Assembly: GCA_018400615.1 (NCBI GenBank)
Contig: JAGYML010000001.1
Coordinates: forward strand, 7,134-71,133
Direction of reading: 5' to 3'
Length of the DNA stretch: 64,000 nt
DNA from: a bacterium
GTDB lineage: Bacteria > Bacillota_I > Bacilli_A > Izemoplasmatales > Izemoplasmataceae
Shown in pieces: positions 45,151 to 54,974 of the stretch; position 1 is the stretch's first letter; each line of letters begins with the position of its first letter. The position numbers and the translations under genes were made by a program. Under the pieces are notes generated by a model. The model did not search any database and was not told the origin of the DNA. It saw nothing but the letters and a program-made list of their open reading frames with translations.

Positions 45151-45870
45151 GTGATAACTTCACCAGCCAACAAACTCATCAAACGCTTTGCCAAACTACA
45201 TCAGAAAAAATACCGTGACCAGGAAAACATGATGATCATAGAAGGCCCCCATTTAGTGGAAATTGCCCAGGCGAAAGGCCTTGTGCACACCGTGTTTTCT
45301 CTTGAAGAATTGCCGAACATTAAGACTACCCTCGTAAGCGAAAGTGTCATGAAAAAACTCACACAGACAAACCACGTTCCACCGGTTGCAGCCGTTTGTA
45401 AAAAACCAATCAGGAAGTCGGTGACCGACAAGGTTTTGATTCTTGAACATGTCCAGGACCCTGGAAACGTCGGCACACTTCTTAGAACCGCCCTCGCATT
45501 CGGGTTTGATACTGTGGTACTTGACAGATGCGCCGATCCTTTCAGTGCGAAAGTACTCAGAAGCACCCAGGGAGCACTCTTTGATTTGACGCTGCTTGAA
45601 ACAAACGTCCACGCTTTCAAGGAAACCTATCCCGATTACACATTGATTGGCACTGACTTGTTTGGCGATTCTCATGCGCAAAAACCATCCCTTCCCTATG
45701 CCCTGATACTCGGCAACGAAGGCCAGGGCATGGAAAAAGAAACACGGAAACATTGCGATCAGCTTATCAAAATACCAATCAAATCCATCGATTCACTCAA
45801 CGTCGGCATTGCCGGCGGCATCCTGATGCACAGTCTCACAAATGGGGGAGCCCCTCTTTTCAAGCTCTGA
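45151..45870 (+). CDS. TrmH/SpoU family RNA 2'-O-methyltransferase
   Basis: GTG start abutting the thiI stop. 'VQDPGNVGTLLRTALAFG', 'ILGNEGQGM' and 'SLNVGIAGGILMH'. Confidence 0.85.
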   Translation: MITSPANKLIKRFAKLHQKKYRDQENMMIIEGPHLVEIAQAKGLVHTVFSLEELPNIKTTLVSESVMKKLTQTNHVPPVAAVCKKPIRKSVTDKVLILEHVQDPGNVGTLLRTALAFGFDTVVLDRCADPFSAKVLRSTQGALFDLTLLETNVHAFKETYPDYTLIGTDLFGDSHAQKPSLPYALILGNEGQGMEKETRKHCDQLIKIPIKSIDSLNVGIAGGILMHSLTNGGAPLFKL

Positions 45871-45871
45871 C

Positions 45872-45900
45872 TTGCCATTTTTCTTTCCTTATGATATAAT
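45872..45900 (+). promoter_or_regulatory. Promoter of the rimP-nusA-infB operon
   Basis: TTGCCA (45872-45877), a 17-nt spacer, then TGaTATAAT (extended -10, 45892-45900). Confidence 0.65.
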
Positions 45901-45920
45901 TAACGCGCATATGGGTTAGG

Positions 45921-45946
45921 AGAGTGGGTCAAAGCCCGCTCTTTTT
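45921..45946 (+). terminator. Leader hairpin plus short U-tract between promoter and rimP (candidate NusA-sensitive attenuator)
   Basis: 8-bp stem agagtggg / cccgctct (one G-U pair) with a 6-nt loop, followed by TTTT(T)A. Confidence 0.45.
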
Positions 45947-45967
45947 ATGCCCTAAGGAGGAAGCCCT

Positions 45968-46426
45968 ATGAATAAACTAGACGCACCACTAAAAAACCAA
46001 ATCAAAAGTGAAGTGGATTCACTTGATTATGCGTTTTATGATGCCCACTTAGAGACCCGCCAAGGTGATAGGGTTTTAAGTATTGAAATCGACCATAAGA
46101 ACGGCATTGATCTTGATGATTGTGTGAAAGTCTCTGAACATATCTCAGAGTTCCTTGACAAAGTCGATCCTTTCGATGATGCCTACATGCTCGAAGTGAC
46201 CAGTGCAGGCGCTGAACATCCTCTTAGAAATGCTGAGGAAATTGAACGTGCACTTGGAAAATACGTCCACGTGGAGACCTTTGAACAGGTCTTGGAGGGC
46301 ACACTTGAACAAATTGACGGAGCATCCGTCACAATCAGAGAAAACAAAAAAGTTTCAACCATATTGATGGCAGACATACAGGAAATTCGCCTTGCGATTG
46401 ATATCAAGGGAGGAAAAAAGAAGTGA
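45968..46426 (+). CDS. rimP: Ribosome maturation factor RimP
   Basis: 'LEVTSAGAEHPLR' and its position directly upstream of nusA. RBS aaggagga lies upstream. Confidence 0.9.
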   Translation: MNKLDAPLKNQIKSEVDSLDYAFYDAHLETRQGDRVLSIEIDHKNGIDLDDCVKVSEHISEFLDKVDPFDDAYMLEVTSAGAEHPLRNAEEIERALGKYVHVETFEQVLEGTLEQIDGASVTIRENKKVSTILMADIQEIRLAIDIKGGKKK

Positions 46427-47598
46427 AATCCAAACAATTTTATGAAGCCCTGGACGCGATTGCCAAAGATCGCGGCCTGCAAAAGGAACAGGTATTGGAA
46501 CTGCTAAGAAGAGGCCTGCTCAATGCCTACAAGAAAGAATACGACAGCTCAGAGAATGCCCGCGTCGAATTCAATGAAGAAAAAAACGAAATCAAGGTCA
46601 AAGCCGATTTTACCGTCGTCGAAAGCGAAGCGGCAAGCGATCAAATGACGCTTGAAGAAGCCCGCAAACACAGAAAAACCGTTAAAATCGGGGATACCTA
46701 CACCAAAGACATCACACCAAAGGATTTTGGACGCATTGCGGCCGTGAGTGCCAAACAGATTCTCACCCAAGGCCTTAAACAGCTTGAACGTGAAAAAGTC
46801 TATGAAATCTTCAAAGATCGTGAAAGCGAAATGATTACCACAGAAATTTCAGGTCTCAACAAGGACTTTGTGACATTGTCACTGGGTCACGACCTTGAAA
46901 CAAGCCTCCCGAGAAAAGAGTTGCTGAAAACAGACGAAACCAAAATCGGTTCCAAGCTCAAAGTTTACGTTACCCGCGTGGACATGACCACCAAAGGGCC
47001 TAAAGTATTCGTCTCAAGAACAGACAGAAACCTTGTCAAGCGCCTCCTTGAACAGGTAACCCCTGAAATCATGGATGGCACTGTCGAAATCATGGGCTTG
47101 GCCCGTGATGCAGGCAGCCGAAGTAAAGTCGCCGTGTTCTCACATGACAAGAACGTCGACCCTGTGGGTGCGGTTGTCGGCTACAAGGGTGAACGCATTC
47201 GTGAAGTGCTCGATGCGCTTCAAGGTGAAAGGATTGATGTCTACGAATGGTCGAAGGATCCTGTCACACTCATTGCGAGTGCCCTGGAACCAGCAAAAGT
47301 CGTTGCCATCAACACTGATCAAAAAGAGAAAGAAGCGGTTGTCATTGTAGAGGACCGTTATTATACATCCGCCATCGGCGCCAAAGGACAAAACGCACGC
47401 CTGGCCGCTCAGTCAACTGGCTGGAAAGTCGATATCAAATCCATAAGCGATGCCAAGGAAATGGGCATCAATTATCAACCAATCGATGAGATGCCTACCA
47501 ATGCCGAAGACGTTGACAACACCGACTATGATGAGGAAGACACCTGCGAACACGATGACTACGATGCGTATGACGAGGTGGATGATGATGAGTCGTAA
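46423..47598 (+). CDS. nusA: Transcription termination/antitermination factor NusA (acidic C-terminal tail)
   Basis: GTG start overlapping the rimP stop. 'FGRIAAVSAKQIL', S1 and two KH regions ('DPVGAVVGYKGERI' and 'AIGAKGQNARLAAQSTGWKVDI'). Confidence 0.95.
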   Translation: MKSKQFYEALDAIAKDRGLQKEQVLELLRRGLLNAYKKEYDSSENARVEFNEEKNEIKVKADFTVVESEAASDQMTLEEARKHRKTVKIGDTYTKDITPKDFGRIAAVSAKQILTQGLKQLEREKVYEIFKDRESEMITTEISGLNKDFVTLSLGHDLETSLPRKELLKTDETKIGSKLKVYVTRVDMTTKGPKVFVSRTDRNLVKRLLEQVTPEIMDGTVEIMGLARDAGSRSKVAVFSHDKNVDPVGAVVGYKGERIREVLDALQGERIDVYEWSKDPVTLIASALEPAKVVAINTDQKEKEAVVIVEDRYYTSAIGAKGQNARLAAQSTGWKVDIKSISDAKEMGINYQPIDEMPTNAEDVDNTDYDEEDTCEHDDYDAYDEVDDDES

Positions 47599-47851
47599 AG
47601 AACCCTTGCGAAAATGCGTCGCTACAGGCGAGATGCTTCCAAAAGAAGCGCTCCTGCGCATTGTCAAAAACAAACAGGGTGTCGTGAGTGTCGACCCTAC
47701 GGGTAAGGCTCACGGACGTGGTGCATATGTAAAAAAAGACGCAAGCGCCATAAAAACTCTTAAAAAGAAACACATCCTTGATCGCGTATTCCAGATGAAA
47801 GTCGATCCTTCCGTTTATGAAGCCTGTGAGGCGGTACTGGACGATGAGTGA
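47582..47851 (+). CDS. ylxR: YlxR (RnpM/DUF448) family RNA-binding protein
   Basis: 'PLRKCVATGEMLPKEALLRIV...GRGAYV'. A triple ATG at 47582-47590 lies inside the nusA tail codons. Confidence 0.85.
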   Translation: MMMSRKEPLRKCVATGEMLPKEALLRIVKNKQGVVSVDPTGKAHGRGAYVKKDASAIKTLKKKHILDRVFQMKVDPSVYEACEAVLDDE

Positions 47852-48143
47852 TAAACGCGCACTGGGATTGCTTGGCCTTGCCGCACGCGCCGGAGGGCTC
47901 ATAGACGGCAGTGAGCGTGTGTTGAACGCCTTTCAGAAAAATCCACATATGATTGTGTTTCTCGCAAACGATGCGGGAGAAAACATTCACAAGAAAATCA
48001 GAAACAAAGCAGCCCACTACCATACCGAGCTTAATGAAATGTTTACCGCCAGTGAACTTTCAAAAGCCATCGGTAAGGAAAAACGGACAGTCATTGCTGT
48101 GACGGATGAACGTTTTATCAAACCGTTAAGCAAAACTCCATAG
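47844..48143 (+). CDS. ylxQ: L7Ae-family ribosome-associated protein YlxQ-like
   Basis: 'LGLLGLAARAGGLIDGSERVL...FLANDAGEN'. It overlaps ylxR by 8 nt. Confidence 0.85.
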   Translation: MSDKRALGLLGLAARAGGLIDGSERVLNAFQKNPHMIVFLANDAGENIHKKIRNKAAHYHTELNEMFTASELSKAIGKEKRTVIAVTDERFIKPLSKTP

Positions 48144-48158
48144 AAAGAGGTGGTTTTG

Positions 48159-49997
48159 ATGGCTAAGAAACATCAAACCAATCAACGCAGAAACACCAGA
48201 AGACCCAATCGCAAGAAGACCAAGAAAAAACAACCGCCGAAACCTCAAGGCCCGGTTCATTTCAAAGAAGGCATGAACGTCAGCGAGCTTTCACAGATGA
48301 TGGGGATTCCCATCAGTACCATCATCAAGAAACTCATGACCCTTGGCACCATGATCAACCAAAATCAGCCACTCGACAAGGAAACAGTCGAACTGATTGC
48401 CATGGAATACAACATCGAGGTACTTGAAGATACTTCACAGCAGGAAGCCATTCACTTTGAAGAACTTCAAACCGAAGAAAAGGAAGACGACTTAGAAGTT
48501 CGTCCACCGGTTGTTACCATCATGGGACACGTCGATCATGGGAAAACAACGCTGCTTGATACCATTCGTCACGCCCGCGTAACAGAAGGCGAAGCCGGAG
48601 GCATCACCCAGCATATCGGAGCTTATCGATACATGAAAGATGGTCAATCCATTACGTTTATCGATACGCCAGGCCATGCCGCCTTCACCGAGATGCGTGC
48701 ACGTGGCGCTAGCATTACGGATATTGCGATACTCGTAGTAGCTGCGGATGACGGTGTCATGCCACAAACACGCGAAGCCATCGACCACATCAAGGCTGCA
48801 GACGTCCCAGTGATTGTCGCCGTCAACAAGATGGACATGGCCGGTGCCAATCCTGACAAAGTCAAACAGGAACTCGCAGAATTCAACCTTATTCCAGAAG
48901 AATGGGGTGGAGATACAATCTTCGCCGAACTTTCAGCCCTTAAAAACGAAGGGGTTGAAAACCTGCTTGATATGATTCTTCTGACAGCGGAAGTCACTGA
49001 AATAAAAGCCAATCCTAACCGTGAAGCAAGCGGCCACGTGATTGAAGCAGAACTTGACAAAGGCAGAGGCCCTGTAGCCACATTGCTCGTCCAAAACGGG
49101 ACCCTTCACCTTGGCGATACCATCGTCATAGGGGATACTTACGGACGCGTGAGAAACATGACCGATGACTTTGGCAAGCAAGTGGAACATGCCCTACCCA
49201 GCATGGCCGTGGAAATCATCGGCCTCTCAGACGTGCCCGCCGCAGGGGATCCTTTCAAAGTCTTTGACGAAGAGAGAACGGCTCGCCAAATTGCTGAAAA
49301 ACGGGCTGAAGAAACCTGGAAAGACGAACATGGCGTAGCCAAGTCCGTCAGTCTTGATGATATGTTCGCCCAAATCGGTGAAAATGAGAAAAAACAACTC
49401 AATATCATTATCAAAGGGGATACCCAGGGCTCCATTGAAGCTCTCAAAGGTGCACTTGAAACCATAGAAGTCGAAGGGGCGAACATTACAGTCATTCGTG
49501 CCAGTGTCGGAACCATTACTGAGACAGATGTGACACTTGCCAATGCCTCTGGCGCTTACATCATCGGCTTTAACGTACGCCCAAGTGCGGCCGTACGCGA
49601 TACAGCTCGTGATAAAGGCGTTGAAATCAGACTTTACAGCATCATCTACAAAGCCATAGAAGATATTGAAATGGCCATGGAAGGGATGCTTGACCCTGAA
49701 TTTGAGGAAGTCGTTACCGGACAGGCTGAAGTGCGAGATACCTTTAAAATATCCAAACTCGGAACCATTGCCGGGTGCTACGTCACGGATGGCTTCATCA
49801 AACGTGACGCGACCGTACGCGTTCTTCGTGACGGTGTGGTGGTCTATGAAGGCGATCTTGCAAGTCTGAAACGTTTTAAAGACGACGTAAAAGAAGTCCG
49901 TCAAGGCTTCGAATGCGGCATCATGATTGAAAAATTCAACGATATCAAAGAAGGCGACATCATTGAAGCCTCCGTGATGAAGGAGATTGAGCGCTAA
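48159..49997 (+). CDS. infB: Translation initiation factor IF-2 (short N-terminus)
   Basis: '[20 protein letters not shown]', 'DTPGH' and 'NKMD'. The ATG at 48159 follows agaggtgg. Confidence 0.95.
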   Translation: MAKKHQTNQRRNTRRPNRKKTKKKQPPKPQGPVHFKEGMNVSELSQMMGIPISTIIKKLMTLGTMINQNQPLDKETVELIAMEYNIEVLEDTSQQEAIHFEELQTEEKEDDLEVRPPVVTIMGHVDHGKTTLLDTIRHARVTEGEAGGITQHIGAYRYMKDGQSITFIDTPGHAAFTEMRARGASITDIAILVVAADDGVMPQTREAIDHIKAADVPVIVAVNKMDMAGANPDKVKQELAEFNLIPEEWGGDTIFAELSALKNEGVENLLDMILLTAEVTEIKANPNREASGHVIEAELDKGRGPVATLLVQNGTLHLGDTIVIGDTYGRVRNMTDDFGKQVEHALPSMAVEIIGLSDVPAAGDPFKVFDEERTARQIAEKRAEETWKDEHGVAKSVSLDDMFAQIGENEKKQLNIIIKGDTQGSIEALKGALETIEVEGANITVIRASVGTITETDVTLANASGAYIIGFNVRPSAAVRDTARDKGVEIRLYSIIYKAIEDIEMAMEGMLDPEFEEVVTGQAEVRDTFKISKLGTIAGCYVTDGFIKRDATVRVLRDGVVVYEGDLASLKRFKDDVKEVRQGFECGIMIEKFNDIKEGDIIEASVMKEIER

Positions 49998-50350
49998 TGC
50001 CAAACATTCCAAGGTTGGAATCGGACATTGAACGTGCCCTCACAAGAATATTGAGAGAAGACGCTAAAGATCCCGATATCGGCTTTTTGACCATTACGGA
50101 AGTCGATCTTACCAAGGATCTTTCCTATCTCACAATTTACTACACCGTCATTGAAGACGAAAAACACTCAAGAGAAGTCGTACAGAACGCACTTGAACGT
50201 TCAAACAAGTTTTTGAGAACAGCCCTTGCGCAGAAGGTTCATTTGCGCAAGATGCCTGAGCTCAGATTCCGCTATGATGATACATTGGACAGAGCCATTC
50301 GCATCAGTGAAGGGCTCAAAAAAGTCATGGATGACGATAAAGAAGAATAG
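49997..50350 (+). CDS. rbfA: Ribosome-binding factor A
   Basis: 'LTITEVDLTKDLSYLTIYYT' and 'MPELRFRYD'. The ATG overlaps the infB TAA by 1 nt. Confidence 0.9.
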   Translation: MPNIPRLESDIERALTRILREDAKDPDIGFLTITEVDLTKDLSYLTIYYTVIEDEKHSREVVQNALERSNKFLRTALAQKVHLRKMPELRFRYDDTLDRAIRISEGLKKVMDDDKEE

Positions 50351-50400
50351 AAGCGAATATTTCGCTTCTATTTTCTATACATATGAAAGGAGGGCGCACT

Positions 50401-52167
50401 ATGTTCAAAGAACGGTTGAAACAAGTACCTGAAAAACCGGGCTCCTATCAAATGCGCAATGCCAGCGGACAAATCATCTACGTTGGTAAAGCGAAAAATC
50501 TTAAAAAAAGACTGACCAGCTATTTCAGGGGCACCCATGATTACAAGACCACCAAAATGGTTCAATCGGTGGCGGATTTTGAATACATTGTGACCCACAG
50601 CGAACTTGAAGCCCTCATTTTAGAACTGGACCTGATCAAGGAATACCAGCCAAGATACAACATCCTTCTTGTCGATGACAAGTCCTACCCCTACATCATC
50701 ATCACAGACGAAGCGCATCCCAAGATGATTGTAAGCAGAAGAGTCACGAGAAAAGTGCGAAGACGCTTTGGACCCTATCCAAATGTCAGCGCGGCCCGTG
50801 AAACTCTGAAACTGCTCAATAAGCTCTATCCGCTTAGAAAGTGCCAAAAGCTTCCTGATGAGCCATGTCTTTATTATTACCTCGGGCAGTGCCTTGCCCC
50901 CTGCATCCATAAAGTTGAGAAACACACCTACACCGACATCATCAAAGACATCACAAGGTTCTTGAAAGGGGACACCAAAGACATCGTCAATGACTTGAAA
51001 ACAAAAATGGAAACCGCGTCAAAAAATCTCGAATTCGAACGGGCTCAGGAATACAAGGAAACCATTGAAGCAATCCATACGACGACGTCCACAAAACAAG
51101 CCGTCAACATTACCGATTTAAAAGACAGAGATATCATCGGGGTCACCTACGATGACGAGTTTGTCGCGATCGCCATTCTGTTCGTCCGCTATGGCAAAAT
51201 CCATGCCCAGGACAAGAAAATCATGCGCTACACGGTCGACCCGGTTCAAAGCGCCCAGGCATTCCTCGGGCAGTTCTACAGGACCTACCCAGTACCCAAG
51301 GAGATCTTCATCAACGACTTGGATAAATTTGAGATGCTGCCGTCCTTACTGGATACCCACGTATCCATGCCTCAAAGAGGTCTTAAGAAAAAACTCCTTG
51401 ACATGGCTCTCATGAATGCGAAGGAAACCCTTGCAACAGAAAAATACAAGGCGGACAAGGACTATCAAAAAACATTTGGAGTGCTTGATGAACTCGCGGA
51501 ACTTCTCCAGATTCCAACCCCCTATCACATCGAAGCCTTTGACAACTCCCACACTTATGGGACGTACCCTGTAAGCAGCCTCGTGGTTTTTAAAAATGGA
51601 AAACCCGACAAGAAAAATTATCGAAAATTCAAACTCGCAACCGACAAACTGCAAGCGGGTGATACCGACCAGATGAAAGAAGTGCTCTACAGACGCTACA
51701 GACGCGTATTGATGGAGCAAAGACCCCTGCCTGACTTGATACTTGTTGACGGAGGGATTCAGCAGATGAATGCGGCACGTGACATCCTTTCGAACCTTGA
51801 GATAGAAGTGCCACTGGCAGGCCTCGTCAAAAGCAAGGACCACAAGACGCACCATTTGCTTGATGGGGATGACAACACCATTGATTTAACCCCTGCAACC
51901 CCTCTTTTCACCCTACTTTCAACCATACAGGAAGAAGCCCATCGTTTTGCAATCACCTTTCACAAGGATCTCAGAAGCAAGGGCGTCTATGAAAGTATTT
52001 TGGATACCATCGAAGGTGTGGGCGATAAAACCAGAAAAAAACTACTGAAAACGTTCGGTTCAGTTGAAAACATAAAAGAAGCGTCGTATGATGATCTCAA
52101 GGGCCTGGGCATTCCACACAATACCATTGAAAACCTTCGACGCGCTTTAAATGCTAAAAAGAATTGA
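50401..52167 (+). CDS. uvrC: Excinuclease ABC subunit C
   Basis: GIY-YIG motif 'PGSYQMRNASGQIIYVGKAKNLKKRL', a UVR domain 'EFERAQEY', and C-terminal (HhH)2. Confidence 0.95.
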   Translation: MFKERLKQVPEKPGSYQMRNASGQIIYVGKAKNLKKRLTSYFRGTHDYKTTKMVQSVADFEYIVTHSELEALILELDLIKEYQPRYNILLVDDKSYPYIIITDEAHPKMIVSRRVTRKVRRRFGPYPNVSAARETLKLLNKLYPLRKCQKLPDEPCLYYYLGQCLAPCIHKVEKHTYTDIIKDITRFLKGDTKDIVNDLKTKMETASKNLEFERAQEYKETIEAIHTTTSTKQAVNITDLKDRDIIGVTYDDEFVAIAILFVRYGKIHAQDKKIMRYTVDPVQSAQAFLGQFYRTYPVPKEIFINDLDKFEMLPSLLDTHVSMPQRGLKKKLLDMALMNAKETLATEKYKADKDYQKTFGVLDELAELLQIPTPYHIEAFDNSHTYGTYPVSSLVVFKNGKPDKKNYRKFKLATDKLQAGDTDQMKEVLYRRYRRVLMEQRPLPDLILVDGGIQQMNAARDILSNLEIEVPLAGLVKSKDHKTHHLLDGDDNTIDLTPATPLFTLLSTIQEEAHRFAITFHKDLRSKGVYESILDTIEGVGDKTRKKLLKTFGSVENIKEASYDDLKGLGIPHNTIENLRRALNAKKN

Positions 52168-52178
52168 CAGGTGATACC

Positions 52179-53039
52179 ATGCAGATACTCTATGGAAAAA
52201 TACTAGAAGTCGATACACGAAAACGTACCATCAAAATGGTTTACAAAGATAAGAAGCGAACCCTTTATTTTCAAAGATCGCTGTTCAATACCTACCTTCC
52301 GTTTCTCAAGGAGAATCACTTTGCCGTTTTGAAAGTGGAAGCCCCAAAACTCAGAAGACGTGAAAAACTTTATACGGTTAGAGAAGTCATCAAACTCATA
52401 CAATCCCTTGCTGGAAAAAGACGCGTGCTTTTTTCAATCAAAAACCTCAAGCAAGACATGCGTGAGTTCATCAGTAATTTGGGCAAGAAGCTCTATCTTG
52501 ATTTTGAGATGACCATGCACCCTTACACAGTGGATAAGACCTTTACACAGGAAATCATTCAGATGGGCTACATCCTCGTGGATGAAAATGACATTGTTCT
52601 CGATCGTTTTGAAGGGTATATCAAACCCACCAAACACAAGAAACTGACCAAACGTACACTCAAGTTTTTGAAAATCGTGCAAGGTGACGTGGATGAAGGA
52701 CTGGATTTCAAGGACTTCTATGACCATCTCAAAACCCTCATCATGGACCATGATCCCGCCATCATCGTATGGGGTAAAAACGATTTTTTAGCCCTTGATG
52801 ATGCGTATAAAATAAACAGGGTCCCTTCACTTGCAAGTGAAAGCAGATTCGTGAATCTGCTTTCGTTACACAAAATCTATTTCGGCTATAAAAATGATCT
52901 GGGACTCAAAAACGCCTTTACCATGTATGGCAATACACTTGAATCTCAAAAACATGATGCGTATGAAGACGCCTGGATGACCAAGAAGGTTTTTGAAGGC
53001 TTCAAGAAGACCATTTTAGAAGAAGGCCGCGAAACTTGA
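52179..53039 (+). CDS. DEDDh 3'-5' exonuclease (KapD/ERI-1-like) with ~100-aa N-terminal domain of unknown function
   Basis: ExoI 'YLDFEMT', ExoII 'VWGKNDFLAL' and ExoIII 'HDAYEDA'. The ATG at 52179 follows aggtga. Confidence 0.75.
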   Translation: MQILYGKILEVDTRKRTIKMVYKDKKRTLYFQRSLFNTYLPFLKENHFAVLKVEAPKLRRREKLYTVREVIKLIQSLAGKRRVLFSIKNLKQDMREFISNLGKKLYLDFEMTMHPYTVDKTFTQEIIQMGYILVDENDIVLDRFEGYIKPTKHKKLTKRTLKFLKIVQGDVDEGLDFKDFYDHLKTLIMDHDPAIIVWGKNDFLALDDAYKINRVPSLASESRFVNLLSLHKIYFGYKNDLGLKNAFTMYGNTLESQKHDAYEDAWMTKKVFEGFKKTILEEGRET

Positions 53040-53101
53040 TTGAAAGACGCCCCAACCTATAGTAGAATTCAAGTAGAAAGTCACATCTTTGGAGTGAAGT
53101 C

Positions 53102-54244
53102 ATGAAAGCCTTGAAAGAAATACATCAATCAATTTATGGAACAAATGCGAAGACTGAAAGCTTTATCCCTGCGGTATTCACTTTGCTTGGCACCCATACG
53201 GATTATGCGGGTGGAAGTACATTGAGCATTGCACTGGATGAAGGCGTAAAGGGCGTAGCAAGTCCCAGAGTGGACAGACTTATTCGCCTTTTTTTCAACG
53301 GTATAGACCAAGAGGCTTTTTCGCTTGATCTTGAACATTTGGAAATTCAAACGAAAAAACCTCACCATACCATGCTTACAGGCATCATCAAGAAACTGGT
53401 TCATGAAGGGTACGATGTTTCCAGAGGCATGGATATCACACTAAGAAGTGACATTCAAAAAGAAAGTGACATCGGGTTTACGTCTGCAGTGCTTCTGAAT
53501 ATGCTCAGTCTGCTTTTGAAACAAAACGGCGTATCGCTCAGCTCTGAAAAACAAGTCCGCTATGTTTTGCATGTGGAAAAAGAGACGCTTGGCAGTCTGG
53601 CCACCCCTACTGAACCTGTAACCATGTTGAATAAAAAAGCGGGCAGTTTGCTGTTCATCGATCAATTCAATGAAGAAATCAAACAGGTGCCCTTTGATTT
53701 CGACAAGTATGCACTTTTACTGCTAGACACCAACCGCTCACCAGAATTAAGCATGAACAGCATTGTCAAAAGAATGAAACAAATTGACAAGGGCTATGAA
53801 GCCATCAACGCCAAGCGCTCCATCGAGACACTCGGAGATTTGGATATCCAGAAATTCAATCAATTTAAACCCTTTATCACCTCTCCCTTGGTCATGAAGA
53901 GAGTTGAACACGTCATCTTTGAAAATGACCGAGCCAAACAAGGAGTAGAAGTCATCAACAATCATGAGTACCCTTTGTTGGGAGAGCTTTTCACCCAGTC
54001 ACACACCTCCTTGAAGGAACTTCTTGAAGTGTCTTGTGAAGAGCTTGATTATATCGTGAATGATTTAATCAAGATGGAGGCACTCGGTGCCAAGATGACC
54101 GGCCTGGGCTTCGGAGGCTGTGTGGTTGCATTATTTGAAAAAAGCGCAGTGCCTGATAGTCAAACCCTGGATGATCTTAAAAAAAGATACACAAAACGGT
54201 TTCACAAAAACCTTACCCTAAGCCATATCAATCCTACCCAATAA
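53102..54244 (+). CDS. Galactokinase-like GHMP-family protein with degenerate catalytic motifs
   Basis: Motif I is 'FTLLGTHTDYAGG' where GalK has 'GRVNLIGEHTDY'. The GHMP motif II is degenerate ('SDIGFTSAV' where GalK has 'GSGLSSSA'). Motif III 'GAKMTGLGFGGCVVAL' is conserved. Confidence 0.7.
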   Translation: MKALKEIHQSIYGTNAKTESFIPAVFTLLGTHTDYAGGSTLSIALDEGVKGVASPRVDRLIRLFFNGIDQEAFSLDLEHLEIQTKKPHHTMLTGIIKKLVHEGYDVSRGMDITLRSDIQKESDIGFTSAVLLNMLSLLLKQNGVSLSSEKQVRYVLHVEKETLGSLATPTEPVTMLNKKAGSLLFIDQFNEEIKQVPFDFDKYALLLLDTNRSPELSMNSIVKRMKQIDKGYEAINAKRSIETLGDLDIQKFNQFKPFITSPLVMKRVEHVIFENDRAKQGVEVINNHEYPLLGELFTQSHTSLKELLEVSCEELDYIVNDLIKMEALGAKMTGLGFGGCVVALFEKSAVPDSQTLDDLKKRYTKRFHKNLTLSHINPTQ

Positions 54245-54271
54245 AAAAAGTCCGCGTTTTGGACTTTTTTA
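54243..54271. terminator. Bidirectional intrinsic terminator
   Basis: aaaaaaagtccgcgttttggactttttt between convergent genes. Confidence 0.65.
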
Positions 54272-54892
54272 TTTATGGATAGCATAATCGATGGCATTGA
54301 CGGGACAGTTTCTAATCCATTCGCCGCATGCCAAGCATTCCTTCGCCTCAATAAAGTACCGTTTGCCTTCATGATGAACGGCCTCTGTTGGACAGACTTC
54401 TTCACATTTGCCACACCCCACACAAAGCGATTCATCGATTGCCACATCGCGTTTTGGTTTGCGAGCCGTGAATGAGAGAATCGTACCATAGGGACATACA
54501 TGTCTGTGAAAAAAGGCTTCATCAAACAACAGGGCAACCACAATGCCACCAAAGAAGAGCCCTGGAAGAATGGGGAGGATGTTTCCGGTAATTTGAGTCA
54601 CTGCGAACCCAGCGATAAATAATACCAGAATGAAATAGCGGAACCAGCCCTTCGTGAAAAATTTTGGAATAGGAATCTCTTTTATATTAAACTTTCGTTT
54701 GGCATAACTTATGGGCTTCATCGCAGTATTGATTGGGCATGCATAGCCACAGTATAGCCTTGAGAAAAACGGAGATATCAATACTCCAATTAAAAACACT
54801 GCCATCCAAAGTTGGATGCGATTGGTGATGAAAAGCCCGATGAAAAGGACTAAAAAAACCATTTGAATGGTGATTTGAACTTTTTTATTCAT
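54269..54892 (-). CDS. Polytopic membrane 4Fe-4S binding protein (NapH/MauN-like)
   Basis: 'CGYACP' and 'CPYGT' loop motifs, plus C-terminal 'CVGCGKCEEVCP' and 'CLACGEWIRNCP'. The ATG at 54892 has RBS ggaggt. Confidence 0.75.
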   Translation of the reverse strand: MNKKVQITIQMVFLVLFIGLFITNRIQLWMAVFLIGVLISPFFSRLYCGYACPINTAMKPISYAKRKFNIKEIPIPKFFTKGWFRYFILVLFIAGFAVTQITGNILPILPGLFFGGIVVALLFDEAFFHRHVCPYGTILSFTARKPKRDVAIDESLCVGCGKCEEVCPTEAVHHEGKRYFIEAKECLACGEWIRNCPVNAIDYAIHK

Positions 54893-54974
54893 ACTGTGTA
54901 CCTCCAATGTATTTGTAGTATACTATGAGTAGACACCCTTAATGTGTTACTCAAGTCACACTTTGGAGGATTGT

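Noticed and set aside
49227-50012. 261-aa ORF on the minus strand inside infB
   Set aside because: It lies entirely antisense to a strongly supported IF-2 gene. It has no RBS or family resemblance. This is a typical shadow ORF.
54943-54960. TGTG-N10-CACA as a Crp-type operator
   Set aside because: Only 4+4 nt are symmetric, and the spacing differs from the TGTGA-N6-TCACA consensus. It is mentioned in a finding but is not called as a feature.
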